Of a stretch of 64,000 nt of DNA, positions 42,455 through 53,998 are shown piece after piece (the first letter of the stretch is position 1; the number at the start of each line of letters is the position of its first letter). The translations under genes and the position numbers were made by a program. This DNA comes from an uncultured Nitrososphaerales archaeon (GTDB lineage Archaea; Thermoproteota; Nitrososphaeria; Nitrososphaerales; Nitrososphaeraceae), in assembly GCA_963695855.1 (NCBI GenBank), contig CAVOHZ010000010.1, positions 1,152,001-1,216,000 on the forward strand, in the 5' to 3' direction. The notes beneath the pieces were generated by a model. The model worked only from the letters and a program-made list of their open reading frames with translations, searched no databases and had not been told where the DNA came from.

Positions 42455-43030
42455 TTATTTTTCAACATCCATTCTTGTCGCTTCTAACGATAGTTTTCTT
42501 CCTCTCAAGCCTGCGACCAAAATTTGAATTCCAGTTATAAAAATCGATATTCCTATTAAAAAGCCTACAAATGCAAAACCAAATAGTGGTGACGCCATAA
42601 TATATGTTGCTATAGCAATAGATATTATTCCTACACCTATACTAAAGAACCTATTGAATTTGCTCTCTGATTTTTCACCAATCCCATGAGCTATACGAGC
42701 AAAACCATCAAACATCAAGGCCAAAGCAACAAACAGTACGAGTATAGACGTAGCACCAACTGGAAATGCTAATGCCAAACCAGCCAATATCACAACTAGA
42801 ACTCCCAAACCTATACTTGCAAGACGTGACTTACTCTTGAAGATAATCCCTGTTATAATCTTCTCAATTCCTACAATAAAGAACAGAATAGCAAGAAAAT
42901 ATACTAAAGATATAGTAGTAAGTCCAGGATATGTCATAACAATTAAGGATATAATTATAGCAATAGCTCCTAAACCAATTTGAGCAAATCGCATCAATCC
43001 ATGAGTTTTTGAATCAGATTCTCTTATCAT
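42455..43030 (-). CDS. HdeD/DUF308 membrane protein
   Basis: Six TM segments with a duplicated G...P pattern. Confidence 0.8.
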   Translation of the reverse strand: MIRESDSKTHGLMRFAQIGLGAIAIIISLIVMTYPGLTTISLVYFLAILFFIVGIEKIITGIIFKSKSRLASIGLGVLVVILAGLALAFPVGATSILVLFVALALMFDGFARIAHGIGEKSESKFNRFFSIGVGIISIAIATYIMASPLFGFAFVGFLIGISIFITGIQILVAGLRGRKLSLEATRMDVEK

Positions 43031-43264
43031 TTGTAGAATACATGCGATAGTTATTCTGTATATATTCGTTGTTATTGTTTCGGTAACAATACGTTTTTTA
43101 ATAACAATACGTGTTTAAAATAAATATGCATGTTTATTAAAACAAAAAAATAATATTTCTAGTTTACAAGATCTTATATGGTTCAATAAATATAATATGA
43201 GACTTCAAAATACAATAAAAAAAATAAAAAATTTTAGATATTTTTATATCCAAAATTTAGTTAC

Positions 43265-43798
43265 TTACATTACTTTTTCTTCAAGTAGATTTTTAGCGTG
43301 TCCCTTTAACAGTTTTTGTAAAACTTCAGCGGCAAAATAACCTTTGGCAGTTTCTTTCAGGTCTAGAGTAGATATTCCTTCAGCTAAAGCGGTGAATTTT
43401 GGATGGTTTGCTTTGAAATGTGCTATCTCTGCTTGAATCTGCTCGTCTGTCATCATTTCTTCTAATGGTGAACTAGTTTGATTGCCTACTTTTTCTTCAA
43501 CTAGATTTTTAGCGTGGAATTTTAGCATTTTTTGTACAGCTTCAGCAGCAATGTATGCTTTGACAGTTTCTTTCAGGTCTAGAGTGGGTATTTGTTCAGC
43601 GATAGCAGCGAATTTTGGATGTTTTGCCTTGAAGTCTGCTATTTTTGCCTTGATCTCATCTTCTGTTAATGTGTAATCAGGGGCCATAGCTTGAGCAGGG
43701 GCAGTAGCTTGAGCAAATGCACTTCTAGGAACAGTTGTAAGTACTGCTGCACTTATTAAGAGAATTCCTAAAGTTAGGAATATTGATACATTTTTCAT
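43265..43798 (-). CDS. secreted two-repeat protein, paralog of 40203-40625
   Basis: Signal peptide ending AFA; same HPKF...LDLKET...HAKNL unit twice. Confidence 0.88.
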   Translation of the reverse strand: MKNVSIFLTLGILLISAAVLTTVPRSAFAQATAPAQAMAPDYTLTEDEIKAKIADFKAKHPKFAAIAEQIPTLDLKETVKAYIAAEAVQKMLKFHAKNLVEEKVGNQTSSPLEEMMTDEQIQAEIAHFKANHPKFTALAEGISTLDLKETAKGYFAAEVLQKLLKGHAKNLLEEKVM

Positions 43799-44490
43799 AG
43801 TAAAAACACTTGATAAATATACTATAATATACTTTCGCTTATTCTCTTTATAGAAAATTATATTCTCTATAGAAGATTGTATTATACCTTTTCTTCTATA
43901 TAACTTTCAGGTAAAGATAGAAAGTTATACTTTAATCACTACATAAATAAAAGTTTTAAAACAAATTTTTAAGCTGTAATTATATATAAAAAACTAAAAA
44001 ATCTTTAAACCTAAATATGTATATACACATGTATACATATATCTAATTTTTATAAACCAAAATGATGACTCATAACACCTATCAGAAGAAACCCTATAAA
44101 TGCAAGTGAAAGCCCACAGATCGTATATGGTAGTATTTTGTTCTTAATGTTTTTATCGATTTTTGTTCTGAAAGAAGCTATACTCATTTTCCTATATAGT
44201 CTATAGATAGCATGTATATGAATTTTTTAATATTTACTAATGTTATATAACAATAGTATATTGTTAGGGAAAAATGTTCTAGATATAATGTTTATTTAAG
44301 CAGTATTTAGACTTATTTTGTGAGACCTAAGGAAGATAGAGGTTGAATTAGCTTTCAAATATTTTCCTAGCATAGATATTATTGCTATAAATCTATCTTA
44401 TTGTATGACCAAAAGTCCTACTACTTACAACATCAGACATGAAAAATACAGGTACTGAAAATTCTGATATTAATTTTGTTTATATTCGCA

Positions 44491-44753
44491 GGTGCTGTTA
44501 AGTTAACGAAAGATCTGAAACATCGATTACATTCACCATTTGAGAAAAGTCTGATTGAAAGAGTGATGCAGTATTTCAAGGATAGAACCAAATGTTTTGA
44601 TGATTACTATCCATGTAATAATATACAAAAGTGTTACCTACAGCATGTATACAATTGGATCTGGTTATTCATATATCTGTATAATGCAAAAATCAGAAAC
44701 AATATCGTATTCAAGATAGGTAGGAGGTGAGATATCTTTAACTTAACAGCACC
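44491..44753 (+). mobile_element. internally deleted IS6 derivative (MITE-like), 263 bp
   Basis: Perfect 16-bp TIR GGTGCTGTTAAGTTAA; interior encodes EKSLIERVMQYFKDRTKCFDDYYP. Confidence 0.88.
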
Positions 44754-44820
44754 TTCAGCATGAAATTAATATATTAAAATTTGGTACTGTATTGGATTAT
44801 ATACCATCATCTTTTTTTTG

Positions 44821-46326
44821 TTACTTTTTATCTTTTGTAGCAGTATTAGTTTTTTTAGATACTAAATCTTTTATAACATCAGATGTATTTTCTTTTAATA
44901 TCTCATATTGATCTTTAGTTATCTTTCCTCTAATAAATTCTTGTTTTAGGAATCTTAGATTACTCATTATTTTTTTAATAGCAATATCAGGATTATCTGA
45001 CAAATGTTGGTCAAGTATAGTTTTTAGGTGTTTATTGGCATTTCGTTTTTGAGAATATTCCTTGGTTGATCTCATAATAAATGGAATGAAAAAGGTGAAT
45101 ATAGCTCCAAGGAATACTGCAATATATTGGGAGGGTATTTCGTCAAAGTGAATTAAACGATTCCTTTCGTCAATAAGATTAAGATTCAAGTAAAGTATTT
45201 TATTGTATACGTTTTCTTGTGTTAATGAATTATTTAAACCAGATTCGATAAAATCATTTTCACCTATAACACTATAAGATAGGTTGAGGGGAACAACAAT
45301 ATTTTTCTGATGATAATTCGAATTAGCAATAATGTCAATAGGAATTACACCTTTCCCACCTAATATAGTAAAATGATTTCCTTGACTAAAATTAATTGAT
45401 AAATCATCAGAAAGATCTTTTTTTACGAGTTCAGCTTTCAGATTTAATTTGTATAAACCACTGTTATTGAATTCTAGACCAACCGAGGTTTTGCCATTGT
45501 TGATATTTATTGATTTTACTTCTAAATTCAGATCTGGATGTGGAACATGAATTTTTCCAAAAACATGGGAAAACTTGTAATCTTCTGATATTCTTCCAAC
45601 TTCAACCAACATTGCATAATTTGTAGGATAACCTATTTGGGCAAGGTCCAAAGTAACCTTAAAGCCACTTGGGATAATAGACAAATATTGTTTAGTAAGA
45701 TTGGAGGAAAACAATAGAGGTTGAAAGTCATAGTCTAAGAGTTCATATCCTCGTATACTCCAGCCAAGTTTTTCAATTAAATCTTTAGAATTTATTGTTC
45801 TTTTAATTATTTCATTTAGTTGCTCACCTTCAAGAATCTCAATATGGTTTGAATGATTTTGTGTAAGACTCGAAATGTTTGTAGTAGAACTTGACTTGTT
45901 ATTATTATTGTAAAAATTTGGATTGTTATTGGTTAATAAATATCTATAATTATAACCTAAGAAACCAGTTGTTTCGTCATGATCAGAGTCTACAAATATA
46001 TTAATAAAAAGGTTCTGTGGAACAGTAGTACTATTTAATATTGCATTTTTTAGTTTATCTAGAAAATCATTAAATAAAAATTTTATTTCAAGATGAGTAC
46101 CATTACTTGATACATATACTTTGTCTAGATCACTACTTTGTAGTAAATAGTTAAGAGTTTTATTGGAACCATCATCTGCACCATGATATATATAATTTTG
46201 TATTTCTTTATTTAGGAATTCGGTTTTTAATTTTGGAGAAGATCCATATACATCAGAATATAAAAAAGTAAGACAAACCATAAAAGAAAGAAAGAAAAAA
46301 ATAGCAGCAGGAATTGCAGTTTTCAA
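44821..46326 (-). CDS. secreted/membrane-anchored surface protein
   Basis: Signal peptide, IFVDSDHDETTG motif, C-terminal TM and GKITKDQYEIL tail. Confidence 0.8.
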   Translation of the reverse strand: MKTAIPAAIFFFLSFMVCLTFLYSDVYGSSPKLKTEFLNKEIQNYIYHGADDGSNKTLNYLLQSSDLDKVYVSSNGTHLEIKFLFNDFLDKLKNAILNSTTVPQNLFINIFVDSDHDETTGFLGYNYRYLLTNNNPNFYNNNNKSSSTTNISSLTQNHSNHIEILEGEQLNEIIKRTINSKDLIEKLGWSIRGYELLDYDFQPLLFSSNLTKQYLSIIPSGFKVTLDLAQIGYPTNYAMLVEVGRISEDYKFSHVFGKIHVPHPDLNLEVKSININNGKTSVGLEFNNSGLYKLNLKAELVKKDLSDDLSINFSQGNHFTILGGKGVIPIDIIANSNYHQKNIVVPLNLSYSVIGENDFIESGLNNSLTQENVYNKILYLNLNLIDERNRLIHFDEIPSQYIAVFLGAIFTFFIPFIMRSTKEYSQKRNANKHLKTILDQHLSDNPDIAIKKIMSNLRFLKQEFIRGKITKDQYEILKENTSDVIKDLVSKKTNTATKDKK

Positions 46327-46399
46327 TAATAAATTTTCATATACTTTCCAATTTTAATTTTTTTATTGACTTTTAGATTTGTAATCTCCTAAAATATGA

Positions 46400-46640
46400 G
46401 CTCTGTTCAGATAAGCAGCGAAAGCTATAGCTGAGGATGTTCTAAATATACCATGAAAATCAAATTTGAAAGAAATAAAACATCTTCTTCTTTTATTGTA
46501 ATGTATTCTGTTTATCTATACTTTCTTGGTTTATTTAAGTTTAAGAAATACTTCCAAGGCATTAACTATATTTAGAGATCAGAAGAGAAGTTATGTTTAT
46601 GTTTGGAATTGGATTCAGATATTCGGATCCTGCGATATAT
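46400..46640 (+). mobile_element. IS6 transposase N-terminal remnant
   Basis: KFERNKT, VMYSVYLYFLG, LRNTSKAL, RSYVYVWNWIQ. Confidence 0.75.
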
Positions 46641-46847
46641 ATAAAAAAAAGAATAAAACTTATGTAATGGAGCAGTAGGAAGTGGGAATCAAGTTAATTG
46701 TGATGTTACTGTGATAGATGATATAGATTAAATTTTGACGAATTAGGTAAAGCAGTATTTGAAAAATATTCATAAATAGTAGATGAAATGGTTAATAGTA
46801 TTAAAATAACAAAGCCAAATTTTGAAGGAATAAACTGTTAATTAATT

Positions 46848-47270
46848 GAGGCTAGGTCATAATTATTTTTCCATTTTCATAACGAATAAAGCTAGTTTAT
46901 TGGTGTATGATGTTTTGGTGAAACACTATACAAACCAACAAACTAACACAAAATAGATCAGAATCTCTCCTAATTAGGATTTTGTATTTGATTGGTTTGA
47001 TTCGTTGGCCACATAACAATAATAATAAAACAAGACGTGAAACACTATATTTCTATTCCCATAGTGTTATACTGAAATGTTTTATTGTTCGTATATGGTT
47101 TCGATTAGATTCCAACAGAGCATTGCATGAATATCTTGCAATTGATCTATCATATAACAGAAAGATAATGAAACGATGTGTATTATCCAAGGTACAAAGC
47201 AGAAGAACATTCGACTGACGCCCTGGTACAATATCAGGGGTATAAAAAACAGGATTACTGCTATGAGTGA
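46848..47270 (+). mobile_element. truncated degenerate copy of the IS at 48843-50011
   Basis: GAGGCTAGGTCATAATT left end; CFIVRIWFRLDSNRALHEYL. Confidence 0.85.
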
Positions 47271-47320
47271 ATATGATCCCAGTTCCAATCAGTTAAAAAA
47301 AGAAAAAAAAGAAAGAAAAT

Positions 47321-47743
47321 TTATCCAGGGAACGGGATTATTCCTGATATGAATTCTGGAACTTCAGACCTTAGTTGATTGTTAAAGTCCAAGTTGATGC
47401 ATATATTTACAAGATTCTTGTTAAAGTTTATATCTCCAACGCCATCACCATTTTGTTGACCGTTTACTGCTGTTTCAGTATCCTGTAACTCATTTGTTGC
47501 AACGCCATCCTCTGGAATCTCGGTGATATCTACACCATTTACATTGATGTTGCTGTTGATACATTTTATTTTCTGGATATTTACATCAGTCTTTTTTGCA
47601 TGACTATCATATCCATATCCATTTCCATATTCATCACCATATGGTTCTGCTTGCGCAGTTGTAATCATTGATGGGAATAGAGTGAACAGACTTGCTGCTA
47701 CTGCCAGCACAATTGAAGCCAACACTACTTTATGATCGTTCAT
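47321..47743 (-). CDS. secreted hypothetical protein
   Basis: Signal peptide; QKIKCINSNINVNG and NLVNICINL motifs. Confidence 0.8.
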   Translation of the reverse strand: MNDHKVVLASIVLAVAASLFTLFPSMITTAQAEPYGDEYGNGYGYDSHAKKTDVNIQKIKCINSNINVNGVDITEIPEDGVATNELQDTETAVNGQQNGDGVGDINFNKNLVNICINLDFNNQLRSEVPEFISGIIPFPG

Positions 47744-48619
47744 TACATTGTTAATTAGAATTATAATATATGAAAGATTGGAAGGAAGATTATATGATCT
47801 TGTAATATGTTATCATTCCGAATTATTGACAATAAAAAGAATAGCAATTGTTGTTCGGGTATGACATGAAATTGTATCATGCGTATTCTTCAATAGGTTA
47901 TTTTTTATTCTCTCATATTCTTGTCTTGTCTGTTCTTGTACCAGACTGGAAACTCTTTGATCATAAAAGATTAACAGACTTATTACCGAACGCCTAAAAG
48001 ACTACCTGAAAAAGAAAACAGAAGAAGAGAAGAGAAAAAAATTAGAACAAAATGATTGAATTCTTGTTACTGAAAATTTAAGTATCTAGAATTCCATAAT
48101 ATTATTGCCACTGGTAAATTCTCTATAGTGAGAAGACTAGTTCGGTTGTTCAAGCAATATGCTACGATGATCAAATGTCATCATAATACACGTTTCTCTA
48201 CTATCGAGATTTTTATACTTTATTTAGTGGTGTTGGAGAGAAAAAGAATTGCAAGTAATGAATGGATATCTAGTCATTCGCTCCATTGTGACTGATATCT
48301 CATAATTTGCACAATCTTTGCTCTATCCCTCTCTCCAACTATTATACTAACCAAGATTATTTTTTAAAGAATGTTACAGTTAGATAGATTGATAGATTGA
48401 TAAACTGTTAAATATTTCGTGATTCTTCTGTTAATACGTAACTGATTAACTGTTTACCCTGGTCCAGATGATTTTTGTAAGTCTGCATCTGTGTCTTCTA
48501 AATATGCTCTTATCTTTCTGTTGATTGATAGGCTTTAACTTTCTTGGTTTTATGGAATCACCGTTTAGTAACTTTCTAGAGTATGTATTGTCTATTCCGA
48601 AATGTCGTTTATCAGCATG

Positions 48620-48842
48620 TAAGAGAGACCAAGTGAGTATAGTATTATACATACAAGATGTGAACAACTATCCATTTCCTTTGGAAAACTAGCGACAACG
48701 ATAGAAATGAGATGAAAAAAAGGACCCAAAGATTCTATAGAATGAACCAAAGAAAAGAAGTATGAAACTATTGTATCGGTCATAAAGATATTATTTGGAG
48801 AATATGTCATGTAGAGACGATACGAATGCAGAATAGATAACT
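48620..48842 (+). mobile_element. older IS5-like transposase remnant interrupted by the following IS
   Basis: NQRKE..ETIVSVIKILFGEYVM...IRMQNR; continues LVFR after 50011. Confidence 0.6.
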
Positions 48843-50011
48843 GAGGCTGGGTCATAATTATTCCATTTTCAAAACGAATAAAGCTAGTTTATTGGTGTAT
48901 GATGTTTTGGTGTAACTATCATCCAAACCAACAAACTAGCACAGCAGAAGAGATCAACATCTATTCTAATTAGTATTTTGTATTTGATTGGTTTGATTCA
49001 TTGGCCACATAACAGTAGAGGAGGAGGACGTGGTAGACCATATCTCTATTCTCCTACTGTTATTTTGAGATGTTTTGTAGTACGTATATGGTTTCGATTG
49101 GATTCCAACAGAGCATTGCATGAATACCTTGGAATGGAGATGCCATATAACAAAAAGGTAATGAGGGAATGTGGACTATCCAGAATACCTAGCAGACGAA
49201 CATTTGATAGACGTCTTGCTACGATATCTAATGATATCAAAAACAGAATTACTACAATGGGTAAACTTTTTGTGCATGATAAAATAATTGATCCATCTAT
49301 TCTTTCAGCAGACAGTACTCTTGTAAAGGCTAAAGGTCATGTATGGCACAAATCCTCTATAAAGAAGAAAGTAGTACCTCGTTCCGGTATCGATACAGAT
49401 GCAATGTGGGGAATTAGCCATACAAAGGGCTGGATATTTGGATACAAATTACATTTGATATCAAGTACAGGTTCTGTTATTGTACCTTTGGCAGCAGACT
49501 TTACAACTGCCAACATACCAGACAATCAGATGTACAGTATATTGACAGCAAGTCTTCCGTTTACAATGATTAAAAGAACATTATACATGTCTGCAGATCC
49601 TGGATACGATGATCATGAACTGTACGATCTTAGTACAGATATGGGATTTCAACTAGTGTGTCCAGTAAAGAGATATAGAAATACACCCTCTGACAGAATA
49701 AAACTGATAGAATTTTATGAATCTGAAGTTGGACAGACTATCTATTCTCTCAGAAGTATATCAATTGAACCATTGATAGAACATATCAAATCTGTCTTTA
49801 GAATAGATCCATTACCTGTGAGAGGATATGCCAAGGCTTCTTCAGTAGTACTACTATCAGTACTGCTCTATCAGATACTTGTGTATTATAACTGTAAAAC
49901 TAGAAAAGATAATCCAAGAGCAATCAAATACATGCTAGGAACATAATGACTGAAAACATCCTACTATTGTTAGCATCATAAAATTTGTTTATTGAATTAT
50001 GACCCACTCTC
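48843..50011 (+). mobile_element. complete IS (IS5/IS982-like DDE), 1169 bp
   Basis: 17-bp TIRs GAGgcTGGGTCATAATT (2 mismatches); 8-bp TSD AGATAACT at 48835-48842 and 50012-50019. Confidence 0.92.
48978..49946 (+). CDS. DDE transposase
   Basis: ADSTLV, DTDAMWG, FGYKLHL, ADPGYD, RSISIEPL. Confidence 0.92.
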   Translation: MYLIGLIHWPHNSRGGGRGRPYLYSPTVILRCFVVRIWFRLDSNRALHEYLGMEMPYNKKVMRECGLSRIPSRRTFDRRLATISNDIKNRITTMGKLFVHDKIIDPSILSADSTLVKAKGHVWHKSSIKKKVVPRSGIDTDAMWGISHTKGWIFGYKLHLISSTGSVIVPLAADFTTANIPDNQMYSILTASLPFTMIKRTLYMSADPGYDDHELYDLSTDMGFQLVCPVKRYRNTPSDRIKLIEFYESEVGQTIYSLRSISIEPLIEHIKSVFRIDPLPVRGYAKASSVVLLSVLLYQILVYYNCKTRKDNPRAIKYMLGT

Positions 50012-50476
50012 AGATAACTAGTCTTTAGGTATTGGGTTCAACGTTGATAGCCTGATAGGTTAGTAGTTATTCTTATATGCCTTAAACAAATCTATCTTAA
50101 TCAAAATATAGATCTACACATCACTTAAAGTCCAAAGGAATTAGTGTCATAGTGATTGTATTTTACTAATTTTTCTAACCTTATTTTGAACTATGTCCTC
50201 TACTTGATGAATTGTATCAAATATTATTTTGACTATAATATCATACATCCAATAAATTATGTTTCAGGTTAATACATTATCTATCGATTTAATACTTTTA
50301 TCAACTGCGATTTCATTGTGATTGACAATTGACCAAGATATGTGCCTTTTGCATACAATTCTAATATGGTAATCTAACCAAAAAACTTTATCAAAAATGA
50401 TTGTAAAAAAGTTATTTACTTTGTATACAGAAACATAACTTTATTTTAACATTTTTATGATCGTTTATTATATATA

Positions 50477-51571
50477 GTGACATTATACAAATTGCAACCA
50501 AATAACGCGGTTTTAGGAAAAGAAGCGGAGCTGGCCATGAAAGTAGATAACAACAGAATAAAATGTACTGCTTGTGCAAGATATTGTCAAATACCAGAGG
50601 GAAAAATTGGGTTATGTGGGATTCGCGGAGTAATTGACAACAAATTATTTCTATTCTCTTACGGAAGAGTTATTTCAGGTAATATTGACCCTATCGAAAA
50701 GAAACCTGTATCGCACTATATGCCTGGGACATCAATTTATTCGATCGCTACTACTGGTTGCAACTGGTTATGTAAGTATTGTCAGAATTACGATATCTCT
50801 CAGAGAAGAAAGATTGAAGGTATAGAAATGTCACCCTACAAAGTAATAGAAACTGCAAAAAAATATGGAGTGGAAGGGATTGCATATACATATAATGAAC
50901 CATCAATTTTTATGGAATTTGCCAAAGACTGTGGATTACAAGCACATAAAAATAATATTTTCAATATTTTTGTCTCCAATGGATACCTTACTCCTGAATC
51001 TATTAACATGGCTAAAAGCTTCCTAGATTGCATAACTGTTGATTTTAAGGGCAGTGGAGAACAAAGTTTCGTTAAGAAGTATATAGGAATTCCTTCTTCT
51101 GATCCAATTTTTCGATCTCTTAAAGAAATTAAAAACCATACCGATATTCATATAGAGATCACAGATCTTATTGTTCCAGAAGTAGGTGACGATTTAATAG
51201 CTGCAAGAAAATTATGTAAATTTATATATGATGAATTAGGAGATGATATCCCGATACATTTTTTACGATTTCATCCAGATTATAAGATGATGGAATTTCC
51301 ATTAACTCCTGTTGAAACACTTGAAAAGCATTATAACATTGCTAAAAATGAAGGTCTAAAATATGTTTATATTGGAAATGTACCAGGACATAAACTAGAA
51401 CATACCTATTGTCCAGAATGTGGAATGATTGTAATCCAACGTTATGGATTTGATATCATTTCGTGGAATCTTGATAAAGAGAATAGATGCAGACATTGTT
51501 CTAAACCGATTTCGATAATTGGTAAACCTAAAAAAATAGGAATGAGAAATAGATTCCAAATTATTAACTAA
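50477..51571 (+). CDS. amrS: AmmeMemoRadiSam-type radical SAM enzyme
   Basis: CTACARYC, DPIEKKP, GCNWLCKYCQN, YTYNEP, RFHPDYK, TYCPECG. Confidence 0.9.
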   Translation: MTLYKLQPNNAVLGKEAELAMKVDNNRIKCTACARYCQIPEGKIGLCGIRGVIDNKLFLFSYGRVISGNIDPIEKKPVSHYMPGTSIYSIATTGCNWLCKYCQNYDISQRRKIEGIEMSPYKVIETAKKYGVEGIAYTYNEPSIFMEFAKDCGLQAHKNNIFNIFVSNGYLTPESINMAKSFLDCITVDFKGSGEQSFVKKYIGIPSSDPIFRSLKEIKNHTDIHIEITDLIVPEVGDDLIAARKLCKFIYDELGDDIPIHFLRFHPDYKMMEFPLTPVETLEKHYNIAKNEGLKYVYIGNVPGHKLEHTYCPECGMIVIQRYGFDIISWNLDKENRCRHCSKPISIIGKPKKIGMRNRFQIIN

Positions 51572-52057
51572 TCAAGATTGAATAAAATTTAAGTAACTAG
51601 TAACATATTACAATTAGATAAGACACCCATTAAATAAGTATCATACTGTAATTTTATATAAGGAATCAAATGGATTTTCTAAAGGAATTTTTTAGTATAT
51701 TTGAATCCAGCAGGGATACTACATTCTCTTACTTTAGATTATAAAGCTTATCAGTTTCCATCTTCAACACTTTCAAGGAAGATGGTCAGCCATACAAACG
51801 ATGATACTACATCCGATTGTGTTAACTGGAGGTGTTAATATAAGGAAATAGATTTAGCTGTCAATACGTAATTCTAATAGATTTATTGTTAAAGTTTGTC
51901 AAAATAGAGCAGCCACCTGTATTCTAATACTCTTTGCTTTCATACTTTATTGGTATCTCAATATAGAACATGTCAAATATCTTAACTTGATTGACGCTCG
52001 TAAATAAGAAATAAGAAATATGAGTATAAATATTCATAGTAACATATTATTTATTAA

Positions 52058-52387
52058 TTGAATGACAAAATGGTAATTACTGCAGAAATTAGTATAATCC
52101 CAATACGCCTAAATAATAAAACAACAGGTATGAGTAAAGAAATTGCAGCTGTATATGATGCTATAAAGGAAATAGACGATACTAAAATTACTCTTACTGG
52201 TATGGGTACTCAAATCGAAACTAGAAATTTAGAAAGGATTCTAAACATTATAGAGATATCACATAAAACACTCAGAGAAATAGGTGTCAAACGAATAATC
52301 TCATCAATAAGAATTGATGAGAGATTAGACAAGTCTCAGACGTTAAATAATAAAATAACGTCCGTAAAACAAAAGCTTAAAAAATAA
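52058..52387 (+). CDS. thiamine-binding/MTH1187-family protein
   Basis: AEISIIP, MGTQIE, IRIDERLDK. Confidence 0.85.
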   Translation: MNDKMVITAEISIIPIRLNNKTTGMSKEIAAVYDAIKEIDDTKITLTGMGTQIETRNLERILNIIEISHKTLREIGVKRIISSIRIDERLDKSQTLNNKITSVKQKLKK

Positions 52388-52499
52388 AAGAGAATAATTG
52401 ACCAGAGATTTTATTTTTTTTATTTTTTTTATTTTTATTCTTTATAACGAATAACAGAATTCATAAAAGCTATCTTTTCTCCTTTAACATTTTGTATTA

Positions 52500-53791
52500 T
52501 TAATTATCGAGTATGTCCAACATACATATAATAGGAAAATGATCACTATAACCCGAATTGTTTTCTCTTCCTCGAGGAAAATTCTTATCAATTTCATATT
52601 GTTTGGTATTATCATTATAGTATTTTTTTTGAAATACAAATTCTGTAGGATTATCTTTCAACGATGGATGAATTTTTGTCTTATCTAGATAATAGTATTC
52701 GTTAATACTGTCATTAAATTTATCATAGGAAAGATTATCTACAAGTCTTAAGCCTTGGTAAAATATCTTTATACTGTTATCTCTAAATTTTAATTTCTGT
52801 TTTCCGCGATAAAGTCCCTGAGAGATAATAAATTGGTCAAAAAGGCTCCATCGTTTTGTTTTCCAATAGTATATAGTACCACCAGGAACGTTTGGATCAA
52901 TATCTGTATTTCCGATAGAATGCGGGTCAGCTACAAATTTCATCATAGGATTATATAAGCAAACGGGTTCTTCTAGGTAGTATTTTCTGAATGATACATC
53001 TACAGAACTTTTTTCTTCTCTAGCTCTTAATTCAAATATTTCTTTCCATTCTTTACAATATCTAATGTTAAAAACGGCATTTAAATATCTAGTTATACTT
53101 TCATCATACGGGTCATCATTGAAATCTCCCATTAACAGAATATTTTTGTTTAATTCGTAGTCAAGTTTCATTATATGAGGCATTTTATATACTTCCTCAG
53201 TAGGAACTTTTAGTAATGTATCAACTATTTTCCACATTTCTCTGCTACACTATTTCTAGCCTGAGCAGTATCATTTGGCTGGCATGCTTCATATTTTCCT
53301 CTTCTCGAAGGCCAATGATTGACCAGAACGTACAAATCAGAATTATTTTCTTTGACCTTGAGATGTGCTTGGAATATGTTCCTAGTGGGATATCTGAAAT
53401 CAATATTATATGCATTAGTGTCTAAACAATCAAATTTATATTTAGAATACACTAAACAAGTATCTATTCCTCGTAGATCTGGACTATCATTATATTGGGC
53501 TATTGCATATTTATCAGGATTTATTTTCTCTATTAATTTATCAAGTATGTTTTTATTTTCTACTTCGCATAAGCCTAGTAAATCTGGCCCATACTCAATA
53601 CTTTCATTCTCTTCATTATACTTCATAGATTTAATAATTTTAGATAGGTTTTCCACCTTGATATCGCGTACTTCCTTGTTCCACCCCTTTTCAGGAGTAA
53701 ACTCAAAATCGGTTGCTATCTCATTTTTTTCTATATCAAAGAGGTTTCCTACATTCCAGAATGCTATTTTAATATTTTTTTGTTGGGTCAC
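52500..53791 (-). pseudogene. endonuclease/exonuclease/phosphatase-family gene split by a frameshift near 53230
   Basis: WNVGNLFD, GLCEVEN, DLRGID, NHWPSR in ORF 53225-53791; MGDFND, FDQF, GYSDHFP in ORF 52500-53237; one missing A restores CGKIVD. Confidence 0.85.
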
Positions 53792-53998
53792 ACTTCCAAT
53801 TTGTTTTCTTTTTTAATAATGGTTTTGATATGATTCTTTCTTTTTCTATACCGAAAAATTAACGAATGTATTAAAGTTATGGGATTCGAAAAAATAATTC
53901 AAAATTTTATTATTAATTGTATCTATTAGTTTAGAAATTAGTACTATAGAAAAAAAATGATCGATAGTAATATATGCATCATTTGATTAATAGATTAA

